DNA of 64,000 nt. Source: Epiperipatus broadwayi (taxonomy: Eukaryota > Animalia > Onychophora). The stretch lies in the NCBI GenBank assembly GCA_028023455.1, contig JAQFVV010000005.1, positions 19,654,001 through 19,718,000 on the forward strand, in the 5' to 3' direction. The notes under the pieces are model-generated. The model searched no databases, was not told the origin of the DNA, and saw only the letters and a list, made by a program, of their open reading frames with translations. How positions within the stretch are numbered: the stretch's first letter is position 1; each line of letters starts with the position of its first letter. A program made the position numbers and the translations under genes. Below, in pieces: positions 1 through 12,394 of the stretch.

Positions 1-431
1 TTTAACATTTTTGCAGTAAAATTTAAAAAAAAAATCTTGTGCATAGTTCACACAATTTCTGGGCATGGGCTGTAATTTAGTCCCCTTGCTTTATATAATT
101 TTCCAGTTTTTTTCATATATGTGATTAGCTATTATCATAACAGCATTGACATTTTATCTGGATCTCCTCTTATTACCATGGGGTTATAACTTAATATTAG
201 TTGTTAATGGGATATCTGTTTTTATGGAACCAGTTATATTATCTGATAATGACATGCGAGATCTGACAGTATATCGGTGCTGCAGTAATATGTAACAATA
301 GTCTTAAACTCTTTATTCACATCTTTTGGCATCATTTTTAAAAGTTTATATATGTATATAACTATTTATTCTAATTATTTGCATTTGTTGTTTTTTAGGT
401 TATTGCAATTATTTATCATTTTTGCTTAATA

Positions 432-571
432 ATGAGTAAACCAGTTGTCTCTAACAAGCATAGTACATTGAAATTTACTATTTTAGCCAAAAATTGTTTA
501 TCAGCAGAAGAATTAGAATTATATGAACTCTGTCATCTTGGAGGTCTCATTGTCGATCCTGAAATATTCAA
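432..571 (+). CDS. MZT2: MZT2/MOZART2 (mitotic spindle organizing protein 2, gamma-tubulin ring complex subunit) homologue, coding exon 1
   Basis: ATG at 432 reads MSKPVVSNKHSTLKFTILAKNCLSAEELELYELCHLGGLIVDPEIF plus 2 nt (AA), then a GTAAGT donor at 572. It resembles the MOZART2 core (human KVLSTEEMELYELAQAAGGAIDPDVFK, recalled). An acceptor TTTTTTAG at 391-398 puts the exon start at 399. Confidence 0.88.
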
Positions 572-1170
572 GTAAGTAAAAAAAATAATCTAAATTGCTA
601 CAGTAAATTTTCTTCTTTATGCATGATTATTGTTTTTTAAAGAAAGGGTAGTTTTTTTGATTGGGAGAATATAACCTCTATGGTATTGTAATCCTGCACT
701 AAAGTATTAACTATTTTTTGTTAATGCTTTGGATTATTTTTTAAAGAAAATACTAGACAAAGGTTTATTATACCTTTTGTTTTAATTTATTGTACAAACA
801 AACAAAACTACTAAACAGGTACAATGGCCCTTTGATATCTGTTGGAAGTAGCTACTCTAACTTTTTTTACAAAAATTATTCAACTTTTAATCCGATTCAT
901 TAGTACCTATAAATTAAATTAATCAATTTATCAATAAAAATAACTTATTACATCACAAACAACATTTTGAATAACGTTAACTTAATAAACTTTTTTTACA
1001 AATGTAAAATCATCAATTTTTTTTTTATCTTGAGTGACATCAATAATTAAAATTCCTTTATCATACAACGGAAAAGTTTAAAATTGTCATAATATTAAAT
1101 AATCCAAATGAAATTAAAATAATTCATGCTTCACCAAGAAATGCCATTAATTGTGATAATATTTGCACGT

Positions 1171-1950
1171 TGAATATGTCAAAAAAAGTGGACACAATAA
1201 AAAACTATTAGAATGTAGTTCTATATTCACTAGGACTTTGTTCCTTTTAATTTGTCTTGTGTTTGCAAATGATTATAAAAATAAATGTATTTAGGCAAAT
1301 TTTCCTTAATTCATTTCCTAGTTGTTTGATGTCTTTTTAATTGATATCATTGTTCCAAATCATAATTCTGTATGAGCATATCATATGAATCACCACACTG
1401 TGACATTGATATTTTAATTCGTAAAAAAGCACCAATCTTTTCATAATCATAATTTGTATAATGAAAACCTTGTTCTGATTGAAGAATTCATGTGTGAGGC
1501 TTTCCAGCTTTTATTCAAGCATTAATAATGTTTTGAAAAAACAAATTTTGGTCTTAAATTGGTAATAATTTGTTAGTCTAAAATTTCATATGTATGAAAA
1601 TCGTTCACAATTGATAAATAAGTTTTATTGTTTGTTAATAAATATATGATAACTGTTTCCATTTTTTGATTAATATTAGTTGTTGAAAAATCTTGTTTTA
1701 GAAATATTTTTTTGATATAAATTAGCAGAGGAAAGTTTATATATAAACTTTTTAATTCTTACAATAAATTCATATTTTTTATATATCTATAAACTGTATG
1801 ATGTTTAAGATTAAAACTATATATTTTATTGATTATTAATGATAGCATTTTGTAATCATAGATTTTATTAAAAAAAAAAATTGAGTCATGTGATGTATGA
1901 CTTTGATAGATTTTATTAATTTTTAAAAATAAAAGCATCTTTCATAAACA
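1171..1950 (-). pseudogene. Decayed bacterial IS3/IS150-family transposase (OrfB, rve integrase core) with right terminal inverted repeat
   Basis: With frameshifts, the minus strand reads YDYKMLSLIINKIYSFNLKHHTVYRY..LKQDFSTTNINQK..TYLSIVNDFHTYEILD..ILQSEQGFHYT..IKISMSQCGDSYD(N)AHTE..YIYFYNHLQTQDKLKG..SPSEYR. These are IS3 OrfB motifs (HSDQG, SMS..G..YDNA, YN..R...L...SP.EY). An IS3-style end TGAATATGTCAAAAAAAGTGGACAC starts at 1171. Confidence 0.8.
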
Positions 1951-4626
1951 AGTGTATTATTATAGGTTCATTATCATATATTTTAATTAGGAGACTTCAT
2001 TATTATAAATATCAAATTATATAGTGCTAACAATACATAATCACTGGAATAATAAATATTCCAAGTATTGTGTTAACGCAGTGACCTCTAGTATTAAAGT
2101 AATTACATTGTGAATGAAAAATGAATCCACTTCTGTTTGCTTTCCAAGCTCATATATGGATGGGAACTCAGAAAGTGATATTTATTAAGGCTAACATCAA
2201 ATAAGATGTTCCATATAATTGTGTACATTTTTATTCTAGAGTTGTGGCACTTGTCTATCTATATGAGGTGTAAATTAGAAAAAAATTGTTTTTGCCCTGA
2301 ATGATAGGTGCTTGGTGTCATGGCACTGATAGAAGGCATTGTAAATACATTAGTTTATATATGAATAAATTGAGTCTTTCAAATCAAATGATAGACTTTC
2401 TAAATACTTAAATAGCACTGGAATGAATAATACTTTTACGACAATCACTTATTAAATCTGTGGCTCATTGTGATTTATTTGAAATATATGTATTGTAACA
2501 CTAGCATATTATATGTTCTAAAACATATATATATCTGTGTTACGTATTTGATAATTTAAATATAAACAAACAAATTATTAAGAAAAATGAGAATATTTAA
2601 GAATATAATATATTTAAGAAGTAGATTTTAAAACAGAATACTATAAGTATAAAAGTATTGCATCATTTTTTTATAAAAACAGATTGTGTTAGGAAAAGGG
2701 TGGGAAATAAAAATCTTAGTGAATAATCTAAAATAATAAAAAAAGAAACATTTTAAAATCCATTTTTCTTTTTATAAATTAAATTGAGAAAAAAAAAAAG
2801 TAAATGTTAAAAGAATAAATAAATAGGAAATGTTTAAAAATAAAACTGACAATTGAATTAATTAGAAACTCTTTGTAAACCGTCCCATCGGCATAAAAGC
2901 GATAAGATAGTAGATTAATCTAGAAAAGAGATTCAATAAAACGAAATGTAAAAATTAATTAAAAAATAGATCTAAGTTATGATAAAAATTGAAACAGATA
3001 AGGAAATAAACAATGGGAAAGGTAGATATAAAAGTGCGACTTAGCTATTCTTATATTCATTCCTGATTCTTATCCAAATTTGGATTTATTCAGATATTCA
3101 GTTAACCCGAGATTCAGGAATTTAAGAGCAATATAGAGTCAGTCATTACTTCTGTGGACAATATTAATGCGGAAGCCACAGAATTAGCAACATGCGTTGC
3201 TAGAAAGCCATAGGAGTATTCGACTCGGCTTTATGCCGAGTCCTCAGTTAAACCTGAAACTAATGCCTAAACTGTGAATTGGATGCTGCCTCATAATCTT
3301 CGCTTTTGATCCGAAGAATAGAAGGAAAAGCATGAAGCCCTCGATAGAGACCAAAAGGCCAAACGGTTGGAAAATCAAAACCGATGAAAACCAAACCAAA
3401 GGAACTGTGTCATCTTAATATCATGAAAAACTTAGGTAAATATATTTTCAATAATAACTGTCTAGATACTTTTTTTTTTAAATGACAAGAATTTTAATGA
3501 AGGACTATTCTAAAAAGTTAGCTTTAACTTAATCATGTATATTTTCTTTATATAAAGTTTCTTATGTTATATTAAATTTGCGTGTGCATGAATAAATAAT
3601 AATGTTTGCTTAATTGTTATTTGGTTTATTCTCTCTCTCTTGTCACTGCGTCACTTATTAGTTTAAGAATACCTAAGGTATTAAGTTAAATGCACTAGAC
3701 CCCCTGATAAAGAGTTGGAGTTAGCTTAGGATATCTCAAGTGCTGGATTCGGGTGCCTGTTGTCCAAGCATACCAGCTGTATATATGGTCGACTGGCGCC
3801 TGTAATTTTATCCTCAAAACAAATAAAATGCTTTGGATGGCAAGTGTTTGTTCCAGCAGTATGGAGGTGTGCTGTCGTCAGGAAATGTGGTTATGGTTAT
3901 GCTTCAGATCTTGATCTGGCTGTTGGTATTGGCAATGGTTAAACTATCAATGGTATTCTCCCTTCTGCTTGAAATGCCGGTCTATTCCACGGTCGTTATA
4001 GAAAACAAGATAATCACAAAATATAAGTAAAGTAAAAATGTAGTAAATAATAGATGTTAATAAATAATGAATATAATAATAAGAAGGTATTATTAAATAA
4101 AGAATGTCTGAATATAATAAATAAGATATCAAGATAAATATGTATTAAGCTTATTAAACATAAAGTTAAAATATTTCGACTGAATTAAGCTTAATAAAAT
4201 AAAATAAAGTATTTTGGGTGGATCGGTACAGTATAGTTGAAGAAGAGTGATCTGGTTGGTGTTGGAATCCAACTATATATATGCATTTTCTCAGCAGTGC
4301 ATTAAAATTTACTTTTCTCATTGATTACATTAACATATTGCATAGTTATTATTTATTACAGATATATATATATTGAATTATTTTCCATACAAAATATGTT
4401 TTATAAATTATGTTTTCAAGAGCAAATCATGTTTAATAAAAAATAAAAGTAAAAAATGAAATAATAGTAATCATAGTTGTTTTGAATAAGAAGTTAAAGG
4501 GAAACATTCATTAGGAATATGAATATTTATATAATTAAATAGTTTTCTTACAAAAAGATAGATACAGGAAATAGTGTAAAACAAGGCTTAGCTACTTCTT
4601 TTTTGTTTGGTGTACATATAAATGGT

Positions 4627-4998
4627 GGTATTAAGCCAATAAACATCACATGATCATCATCTCTTATACTAGCACATAATTGTTATTAAACAAGGCAAAA
4701 CTCTCCATACAGTAGTGCCACCCTGTGCCAACCAGAGTAATCAATGGATGCCAGAAGACTTGTGCATAAAATCCCCATCTAGTCCCTACTCATCCAATAT
4801 CCCTAGACTAGTTTCTGGCTTGGCCTTTATCAGATCCAAGGCTACTCACTGACGAAGCACAAACCAGAAACTAGTCTGGGGATATTGGATGAGTAGGCAC
4901 TAAATAGGGATTTTATGTACAAACCTTCTGGCATCCATTGATTACTCTGGCTTGCACTGGGTAGCAATACTGTATGGAGAGTTTTGCCTGTTTTAATA
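4627..4998. mobile_element. Family 1 hammerhead fold-back insertion, copy A
   Basis: Antisense arm about 4627-4833 and sense arm about 4831-4998, joined through TCAG microhomology. Core CTGACGA at 4849-4855 and GAAACTAGTC at 4867-4876. TSD not clear. Confidence 0.75.
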
Positions 4999-5879
4999 GA
5001 TGGTTTTAAGATTTTAATAATGGAAATACTATGATTCATCACATCAGATTCGCTAACAATAAGACAGTATTTGCAGAAAATAAAGTTAACATTTACATAG
5101 AATTAACACAAACCAAAGCAGCGGAAGTAGATGATAGATAAAAGCTAAGAATAATCATGTTGTTGCTTTAAATATTCAATAAATTTGATTAATTGGTGAT
5201 GTTTATCATTTTGTATTTTTACTGAAATTTTTTTATAATTGGATGCAATAAAAATTTGTGATGAAAGAAGTATTTTTAGAAATAATATTTAATTTTTTGA
5301 CCAAAACAGAATTTTGCACTTGCATAGTGTTGTGAATGAATTACATTTCCATGTACTGATGTTTCTCTCTCAAAGTCACAATTTATATAATAAAAAAAAT
5401 GATTAAAATTATTATTTTTTTTTACATAACATAAACAGCAAATACCTTTTCAAAAATTGCAAAAATGCCTTGTACACAATGACTTTCTTTAAAATATCTG
5501 AAGCCATCTTTTAGAGCATTATTAAATCAAGAGCAGTTTTCTTCATTCTATTCTAGAACCTTCTATTATGTACTTAAATAATTACTGGACATTTTTGATG
5601 GTGCTGAAGTATAACCATCATTAGATCAGTTCTGGCCTTTGGATTTTTATGTTAAGGCTAGAATTCAAACTGGAGCAACACACTTATGTATTTATTGTCT
5701 TACTTTTTACTTCTTTATATTATTCAGGCTAATCAGGTGAAATTAAAAAATACGTACAGTTGGTCCTATGATTCTATGCATATGGGTGCCAATTACTCAA
5801 GCTTATAGTAAATGATTCTATTATAGAGTGAAGATAATTGCTTTTGGAAATATTGTTGTTAATTTATGGATTATACCAG

Positions 5880-5995
5880 ATGCATTGGTAAGGTAGTACA
5901 TTCTTGAACTCAAAACCTATGAATCAGGGCTCCTGCCCTGCTATTTTTGGTCCTTAAACTTTTAATGAATTCCCGAGCAATAAACCATTCACTTA
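5880..5995 (+). mobile_element. Partial copy of the tRNA-related SINE seen at 13855-14080
   Basis: Shares the 3' part aaacttttaatgaattcccgagcaataaaccat. Confidence 0.4.
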
Positions 5996-6107
5996 ACAAT
6001 AGTTTTATTAATGGTAAGAGATTATTTTATAGTCCATTAAAATTATATTTAAGATAAAAGCTTTTTAATGTTTTGTTAGGAGTGCAGTTTTACATAAGTT
6101 GGAAGAA

Positions 6108-7040
6108 ATATTTACTGAGGCTATAACCTCGATAATATGCGTATAAAATGCGATAGTAGGGACCTCTACAGGTGTTTTAACCACAAGCTTATGCTATGGA
6201 AGAAAAGAGGAGAACCCTTCTTTACTTCAACCTACTTTGTATTTAAATAGGTGAAGCTGAAGCGGTTAGATCTGCGAGCGTGAAGCTATTCAATACTTCA
6301 CTGATTAAGTCCACATTTCTTATTACACATTAATACTCGTGAAATCTTTCGATTTACAACGAGTCAATGGAAAGATTTTATATTTAGAAATCTATTACAG
6401 TAATTTAAAGTTGTAATTATAAATTTATTAAACGCACATTGATTACGTAAGTAATATTTACTGAGGCTATAACCTCGATAATATGCGTATAAAATGCGAT
6501 AGTAGGGACTTCTACAGGTGTTTTAACCACAAGCTTACGCTATGGAAGAAAAGAGGGGAACCCTTCTTTACTTCAACCTACTTTGTATTTAAATAGGTGA
6601 AGCTGAAGCGGTTAGATCTGCGAGCGTGAAGCTATTTAATACTTCACTTACGTAATCAATGTGCGTTTAATAAATTTATAATTACAACTTTAAATTACTG
6701 TAATAGATTTCTAAATATAAAATCTTTCCATTGACTCGTTGTAAATCGAAAGATTTCGCGAGTATTAATGTGTAATAAGAAATGTGGACTTAATCAGTGA
6801 AGTATTGAATAGCTTCACGCTCGCAGATCTAACCGCTTCAGCTTCACCTATTTAAATACAAAGTAGGTTGAAGTAAAGAAGGGTTCCCCTTGGGTTCCCC
6901 TCTTTTCTTCCATAGCGTAAGCTTGTGGTTAAAACACCTGTAGAGGTCCCTACTATTGCATTTTATACTCATATTATCGAGGTTATAGCCTCAGTAAATA
7001 TTACTTACGTAATCAATGTGCATTTAATAAATTTATAATT
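6108..7040. mobile_element. Family 2 fold-back insertion: about 1.55 tandem 346-bp monomers plus about 1.1 inverted monomers
   Basis: CTGAGG anchors at 6115 and 6461 give a period of 346. The inverted arm starts about 6646 with ACT microhomology. 14-bp TSD ATAAGTTGGAAGAA at 6094-6107 and 7041-7054. The arms are nearly identical. Confidence 0.9.
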
Positions 7041-7183
7041 ATAAGTTGGAAGAATAAATTATAAAACTGCAAATACATCTCATAGTCTCAGCTTACAGTA
7101 CTTTTCAATAGTATGCTATTTATTCTATTTATATTCTCCCACTTATTGTAAGCTTAAATAATCATTAGATTTTAAAAATCCAG

Positions 7184-7336
7184 ATGCATTAGATCCAGGT
7201 TCAAAACATTTTACTGGCAAAGTCTACAAGCCAAAATCTATACTGGGATATGGATATGAGAGCACTGGATAGGGATTTAATTAGCGTTACATCTAGCATC
7301 TATTGTTTATTCAAGCTTACAACAACGGATGGCATA
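7184..7336 (+). mobile_element. Old, diverged family 1-related fragment
   Basis: Colinear degenerate match to gcattagatcc...acaagcca..ctgggatat..gcact.gatagggattt..catc.attg.ttattcaagcttac. Confidence 0.5.
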
Positions 7337-7369
7337 GCTGGAGTAAAGTAAATATGTTATTGGAAGGAT

Positions 7370-7640
7370 AAGATTAGCAAATGTAAAAATATTGAAAAAA
7401 GTTAAAAGAAAAATATTTATTCAGAAAATTATGAAAATAAAGAATTAATTTGGGCATGTACCTAGAAGCAAGGAAGTTATGATGGTTATGTTGCAAAAGA
7501 GTCTGTATAGTATAAAAGAAAGAGTAATAGAACTTAATTGATTGATGATACTAAGAAAGAGAAGAGTTATGAATATTTGAAAAGTAGAACTAGAGTCAGG
7601 AGGACATGATGAAATGCTGTTTGATGTATTATATAGTATC
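7370..7640 (+). mobile_element. Old RTE LINE 3' fragment
   Basis: Degenerate similarity to the 3' end of the RTE at 31700-32050. Confidence 0.4.
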
Positions 7641-8989
7641 TGCTTTCTGGCACATAATTAATGATGATTAACTAAAATATATAAAGTGTATAATTTTTTT
7701 TTTAATGTTAAGATAAAAGAACACAAGTATCTTTTTGAAATGTTAATCATTGTAACAGCTTTTATTTTCATGAAGATATAATTATTAATAAAATTGGAAG
7801 GAGGTTTGATATCTGAAAACTCAAATTATTTGGCAGTGATTTAACATATATTGATTATTTATAGTTATAATGATGAAGATATTAAATAAGACCAAGAATT
7901 CTATATATTTTGCACATTCTTTTGGTTTAGAAATGAAGCATTTAAAACTACTATGATTTTACAAAGACTAGAGATTAAATCTTCTATTTTTTAGTAGGAA
8001 TTTGTATATGTTGTGCATATTTAAGACCAAATAGAAACATCCTGGAAGACTATGCCATTTCATTCCATTCCTAACTAGTAACCTTAAAGGATTTGCATTT
8101 ATCCTACCTCCATCTGAGTGTAAATTTAACACACACATATGCATAATCTTTAAGTAAATTGTAAGAATGTAAAAGTATACTATATATATATATATATACT
8201 CATACAGAAAGAAAGGGGAGATGAAAAGAGTAACTTTTTATTATCCCCTCTCCTTTTCCCAGATATTTTTTTAATTGTTTGAAATTATTAAAAAAAAAAA
8301 AGAATTTAATAATTTAAGGATTTTTTTTTTTTAGTTCCCCATCCCCCTTATTCTTTGCTAATTTTATGTAAGAAATAATTACTTTAAATAAATGTTTAGC
8401 TTCATTAAATGCAATAATTATTTCCAGCACTTTTATTTTTACATAAGTTGATTTTATTTGAGTATTATTTTTTTTATTAATTTTCTGCTGGTTATTGGTA
8501 ATCAATTAAAATAAATATTTGACATGAAACTCAAAAATGAGCAAGCATGTGTGCATCAATGGTATCTGATCAAAAACAGGTAAAACTAGACAATGGAGTA
8601 CTTTTGCCCAATTTGCTATTGATTACCACCTCTTCATGCAGATTATATTCTCCTCTTTCCCTACCAATATTTAGAATTACATAAACTTTATGAATTCCTT
8701 ATAAAGTTATGGTGCATAAATCTACATGTGTGTATCTATATATATGCATGCATAGTTACTCTATATTCATATATTTAAGCATAAATGTGAAGGATAAAGG
8801 ATCTTCTGGAATTCAGTTTTATTGACTATGAAGAATAATGAAATTATGAATATTCATGAATGAGTCAAAAATTATCCATAATTATATTACCATACCATAC
8901 CATACCAATACATAGGAAAAGAAGAAGTAGAAAATTATATTACTTCCATAATTATATTACCATATTTGTTGACTGGATTGTCTTATTGA

Positions 8990-10165
8990 TGCTCTCTGTA
9001 TGAGATTACTGTCTTTCCAATCGCTACTATGCAGTTTTGAATGAGTTACAGCAGTTCAAATCTGACTGCTATATGAAAAATGATGAGTGCCATATTTGTG
9101 ACTTGCATGAAAGAAAAGCAGTGTGCAATAATTTTTTTTTTGTGTGTAATCTAAGGATTTCTCTGGTGCTAATACTTATTGAGAATTTTGTGCATAGTAC
9201 GAAGAAAGTATTTTGTCTCAAATAAGTGTGTGTGAATGGATTTCGCAAGTGTTAGCCGTGAAGAAGGAATCAGATGCCTGTCCAAGTTCATGAATGACAA
9301 CAAAATTGAGCATGCACATCTAACCGATTCTTTTGGACAGATGAGTTACAGTGGATAACATGGCAAATCAGACATAGCACTGCCTATGCAATAATTTATG
9401 ACAGATTTGAGTTTCAAAAAGTTAGTATATGATGTGTATTGAAACAACTTGTGGAATAATGCAATCGGAAACATGTAGACATTTACTAACAAAATTTGAA
9501 CCTATACTTTAAGGAAGATGAAAGTTTCTTTAAAAAAAGTAATAATGGCGACGATATGTGGATTTATCACTACTAGACAGAGGATAAATAGCAAGAATTG
9601 AAACATTCTCAGTATTGTGACCAAAAAAAAAGTTCAAAAGTCCCCTCAGTTGGAAAATTGATGCTTATAGTTTTTTTGGGATTCTCAAGGGCCAGTATTA
9701 GAACATTACCAGGAAAACGATTCAATAATCAACAGTATTTATTACAGTGATATACAGACTAAAGAGCTGAAGCCAAAAATTTTGACAAAATACAGAGAAT
9801 TGCCATCATGTTGTGTTGTTGCATGGCAATGCACATCTTTGCTCATATTGTCAACACTCTCCAAAAATTTCATTTTGGATTGTTGGAGCAGTCTCTCTAG
9901 TCCTGATCTTGCCCCATTGAACTCTCTCATGTTTGGCTCTTTGAAAAAAGTTCTACGAGAATGAAGGTTCATGTGTTTCTTGACTTGCAGTTCAGCTTAA
10001 AACATTTTTTAATGAGAGAAATATGAAAGCTTGATGGCAGATGGAGAAAGAGCATTGAAAAGCAGGTAGATTATATTGAAATGTAATATATTTATCTTTT
10101 CTGGGAATTGGATTAAAATAAATTCTGCAGGCAGAGTGCTGATAATTTTTTATTTACTCTTGTAC
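8990..10165 (+). mobile_element. Decayed mariner (Tc1/mariner) transposon
   Basis: GDDMWIYHY at about 9547, SVGKLMLIV(F)WDSQGPVLEHY, and SPDLAP..MFGSLKKVLR at about 9898, with many stops and frameshifts. Confidence 0.85.
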
Positions 10166-10735
10166 TACTCTTGAACATTGGTGATAGTTTACTTTCCATC
10201 TAAATCCTGTATGAAAAAGCAAGTCTCTTAACTCCAAAGAATCAAGTGGTAATAAGCAAAGTCATCATCTGCGATAGTTTACTGTTATTTTCTCTTTAAT
10301 TCATAGTGAAAATTATTATAGCATATATGCTGTGTATATATATATATAAATAATTATGATAATAAATTATTCTTCTGGAAAATATATTATTAAAGAATTC
10401 TCGTTCATTTAAAATTATTTGTATTATATTAATGGTAAAACTATCATCTTAAAATGAAAATAATTATGTGATCCATTATGTGGTTTTTTGCATGTAAATA
10501 TGTTATTTAACAACAAATATTATATTAATACAAAAACTAAAAAAGCTTTCAATAGTCTTTTGTTATCCTTTCTAGTGTGTGTGTATATATATATATATGA
10601 ATGTTAACGGGCATTTTACATAGTGATATCTAGATTTTGTTTTTTTTTAATTATCTATATGTATTGTATTTAAATTATATATATTGTATTTATAGGACTG
10701 TTACATGCACTTATATAATCTTTTTGTAGACTAAG

Positions 10736-11162
10736 GAGGGGTTTCCAATCTGGGGTACCTGCACTCCCAGAGGGTATGGGAAGCTTGTCCAGGGAATATG
10801 GTGAATAACAGATAAATAAGTATATTATTCTATTAATATATTGCAAAAATACTTATGTTATCAACATTTCCAGGCTATTCCATGCTGACACTGTCCGTCA
10901 GTCACACAGCAATATTTCAAGTCTTTTCGAACATGGACACAGTGACATTGTGTAGACTTTTTCTTACTGCAAGGTCTGAGAACTCAAAATAGTTAGAGAA
11001 ATTGCCAGATCAGTGTCCCCTTGAAGCTCAGCTCCATGACATTTGCACCTCCTGCACATGTATGACATACTACATAGTACACTCTCCATCTGCTTATGGG
11101 AGTACTGGATAATTTACTAAAAGCCAAGGGGATACAGAGACCAAAAAGATTGGGAAACCCCA
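10736..11162. mobile_element. hAT (Charlie-like) MITE
   Basis: TIRs AGGGGTTTCCAATC and GATTGGGAAACCCC. Imperfect 8-bp TSD AGACTAAG / GGGCTAAG. Confidence 0.65.
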
Positions 11163-12394
11163 GGGCTAAGATAGTAATAAAAAGTGTTGAAGGTGTTGCA
11201 TTCTTATTTAGATGATGATCTAGTTGAGCTAGTTATTATGAATCTGGATTAATATTTCTGAAAACTATAATTTAGTTAATTGCAAGTTTTTTAAATTTTA
11301 TTCAAAATTAAAATAATGAAGTTATCACATTCAATAATCTTGCATAAGAAACAACATAGTAAGTCTCCAAAAGTTAAAAATCCAAATCGTTATTTATTAA
11401 CCAAGAAAATTAGATAGTTCTTCCATAAACCATTAAGTGTTAAATATACTAAGATATTCACACACTAACAATTTTCAAGAACGAAATTTAGCATAATTAT
11501 GAGATTAATTTTTGGTATATTTAACATCTAATGCTTCACAAAAGAGATCACATTTTGTTGACTAATAAATAATGAGTTAGGCATTAACATTTGTGAGACA
11601 TCACTATGTTGGTTCTTATGCAAGACAATGTGATCTAAGAATTATTTTCACTTCTATTTGTGCAATATGCATTAATAAATACAAAATAATATGTGGCATT
11701 AGGGGAGTAGTTGGTGGCTTGTCTTAGAGATTTGGTTAAGTTGAAATACATTAAGGACTCTTACCATATTTTTTTTCTTTTATTGCTTACAATTATTATG
11801 GTTAAAATTTATGAGTGCCTTATTGATAATTTCTAGAAATATTAAGATTGTGTCAGGAGTTGAAAGAGATGAAAGTTAAATGAAGAGTTTGTCACGTCTG
11901 TTTATAGATATTATTTATATATTATAATATTTTCATGATGATGTAAATGAAGTCATTTTTGTGTTAAACTGTATATTACTTTGTTTATTAAATTCAATCA
12001 AGAATTCAAAATTCAGCCCATTTTATTTTTATTATTAAAAGCATAAAGCTAGCTAAAAGTGATTTATTGATCAGATTTGATGCTTCCTCTTTGTTTACTC
12101 AATATTCCTGTTGAAGAAGCTTTATATGTAATAAGTCTATACAATAAATTTACCAGATTTTGATCCATTAGCAAAATATTGCCTTGAAAATACGTTTTTT
12201 ATATGTGATTTTCAAAAGTATAAACAAATTAAAGACTTTCTACATGTACTCCACTATCATCTGTAATTGCTGATCTCTTCGTAAATAATTTTGAAAATCA
12301 AGTATTAAATACAGCTAGTAAGAGACCTTTTATTTGGCTTATATAGTATTGATGCTTTGAATTCTTTTCTTGTTTTTGTTAGTGGATAGCATTC

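Noticed and set aside
6112-6140. CT-GAGG-CTATAA-CCTC-GATA read as a hammerhead in family 2
   Set aside because: It lacks the CUGANGA core and GAAA, has no convincing stems I and III, and is identical in all three passes, so it is not a private decay.
8875-8964. 20-bp direct repeat around a 50-bp (TACCA)n-containing insert
   Set aside because: It is probably an extremely truncated retro-insertion or a local duplication, and too short to classify.
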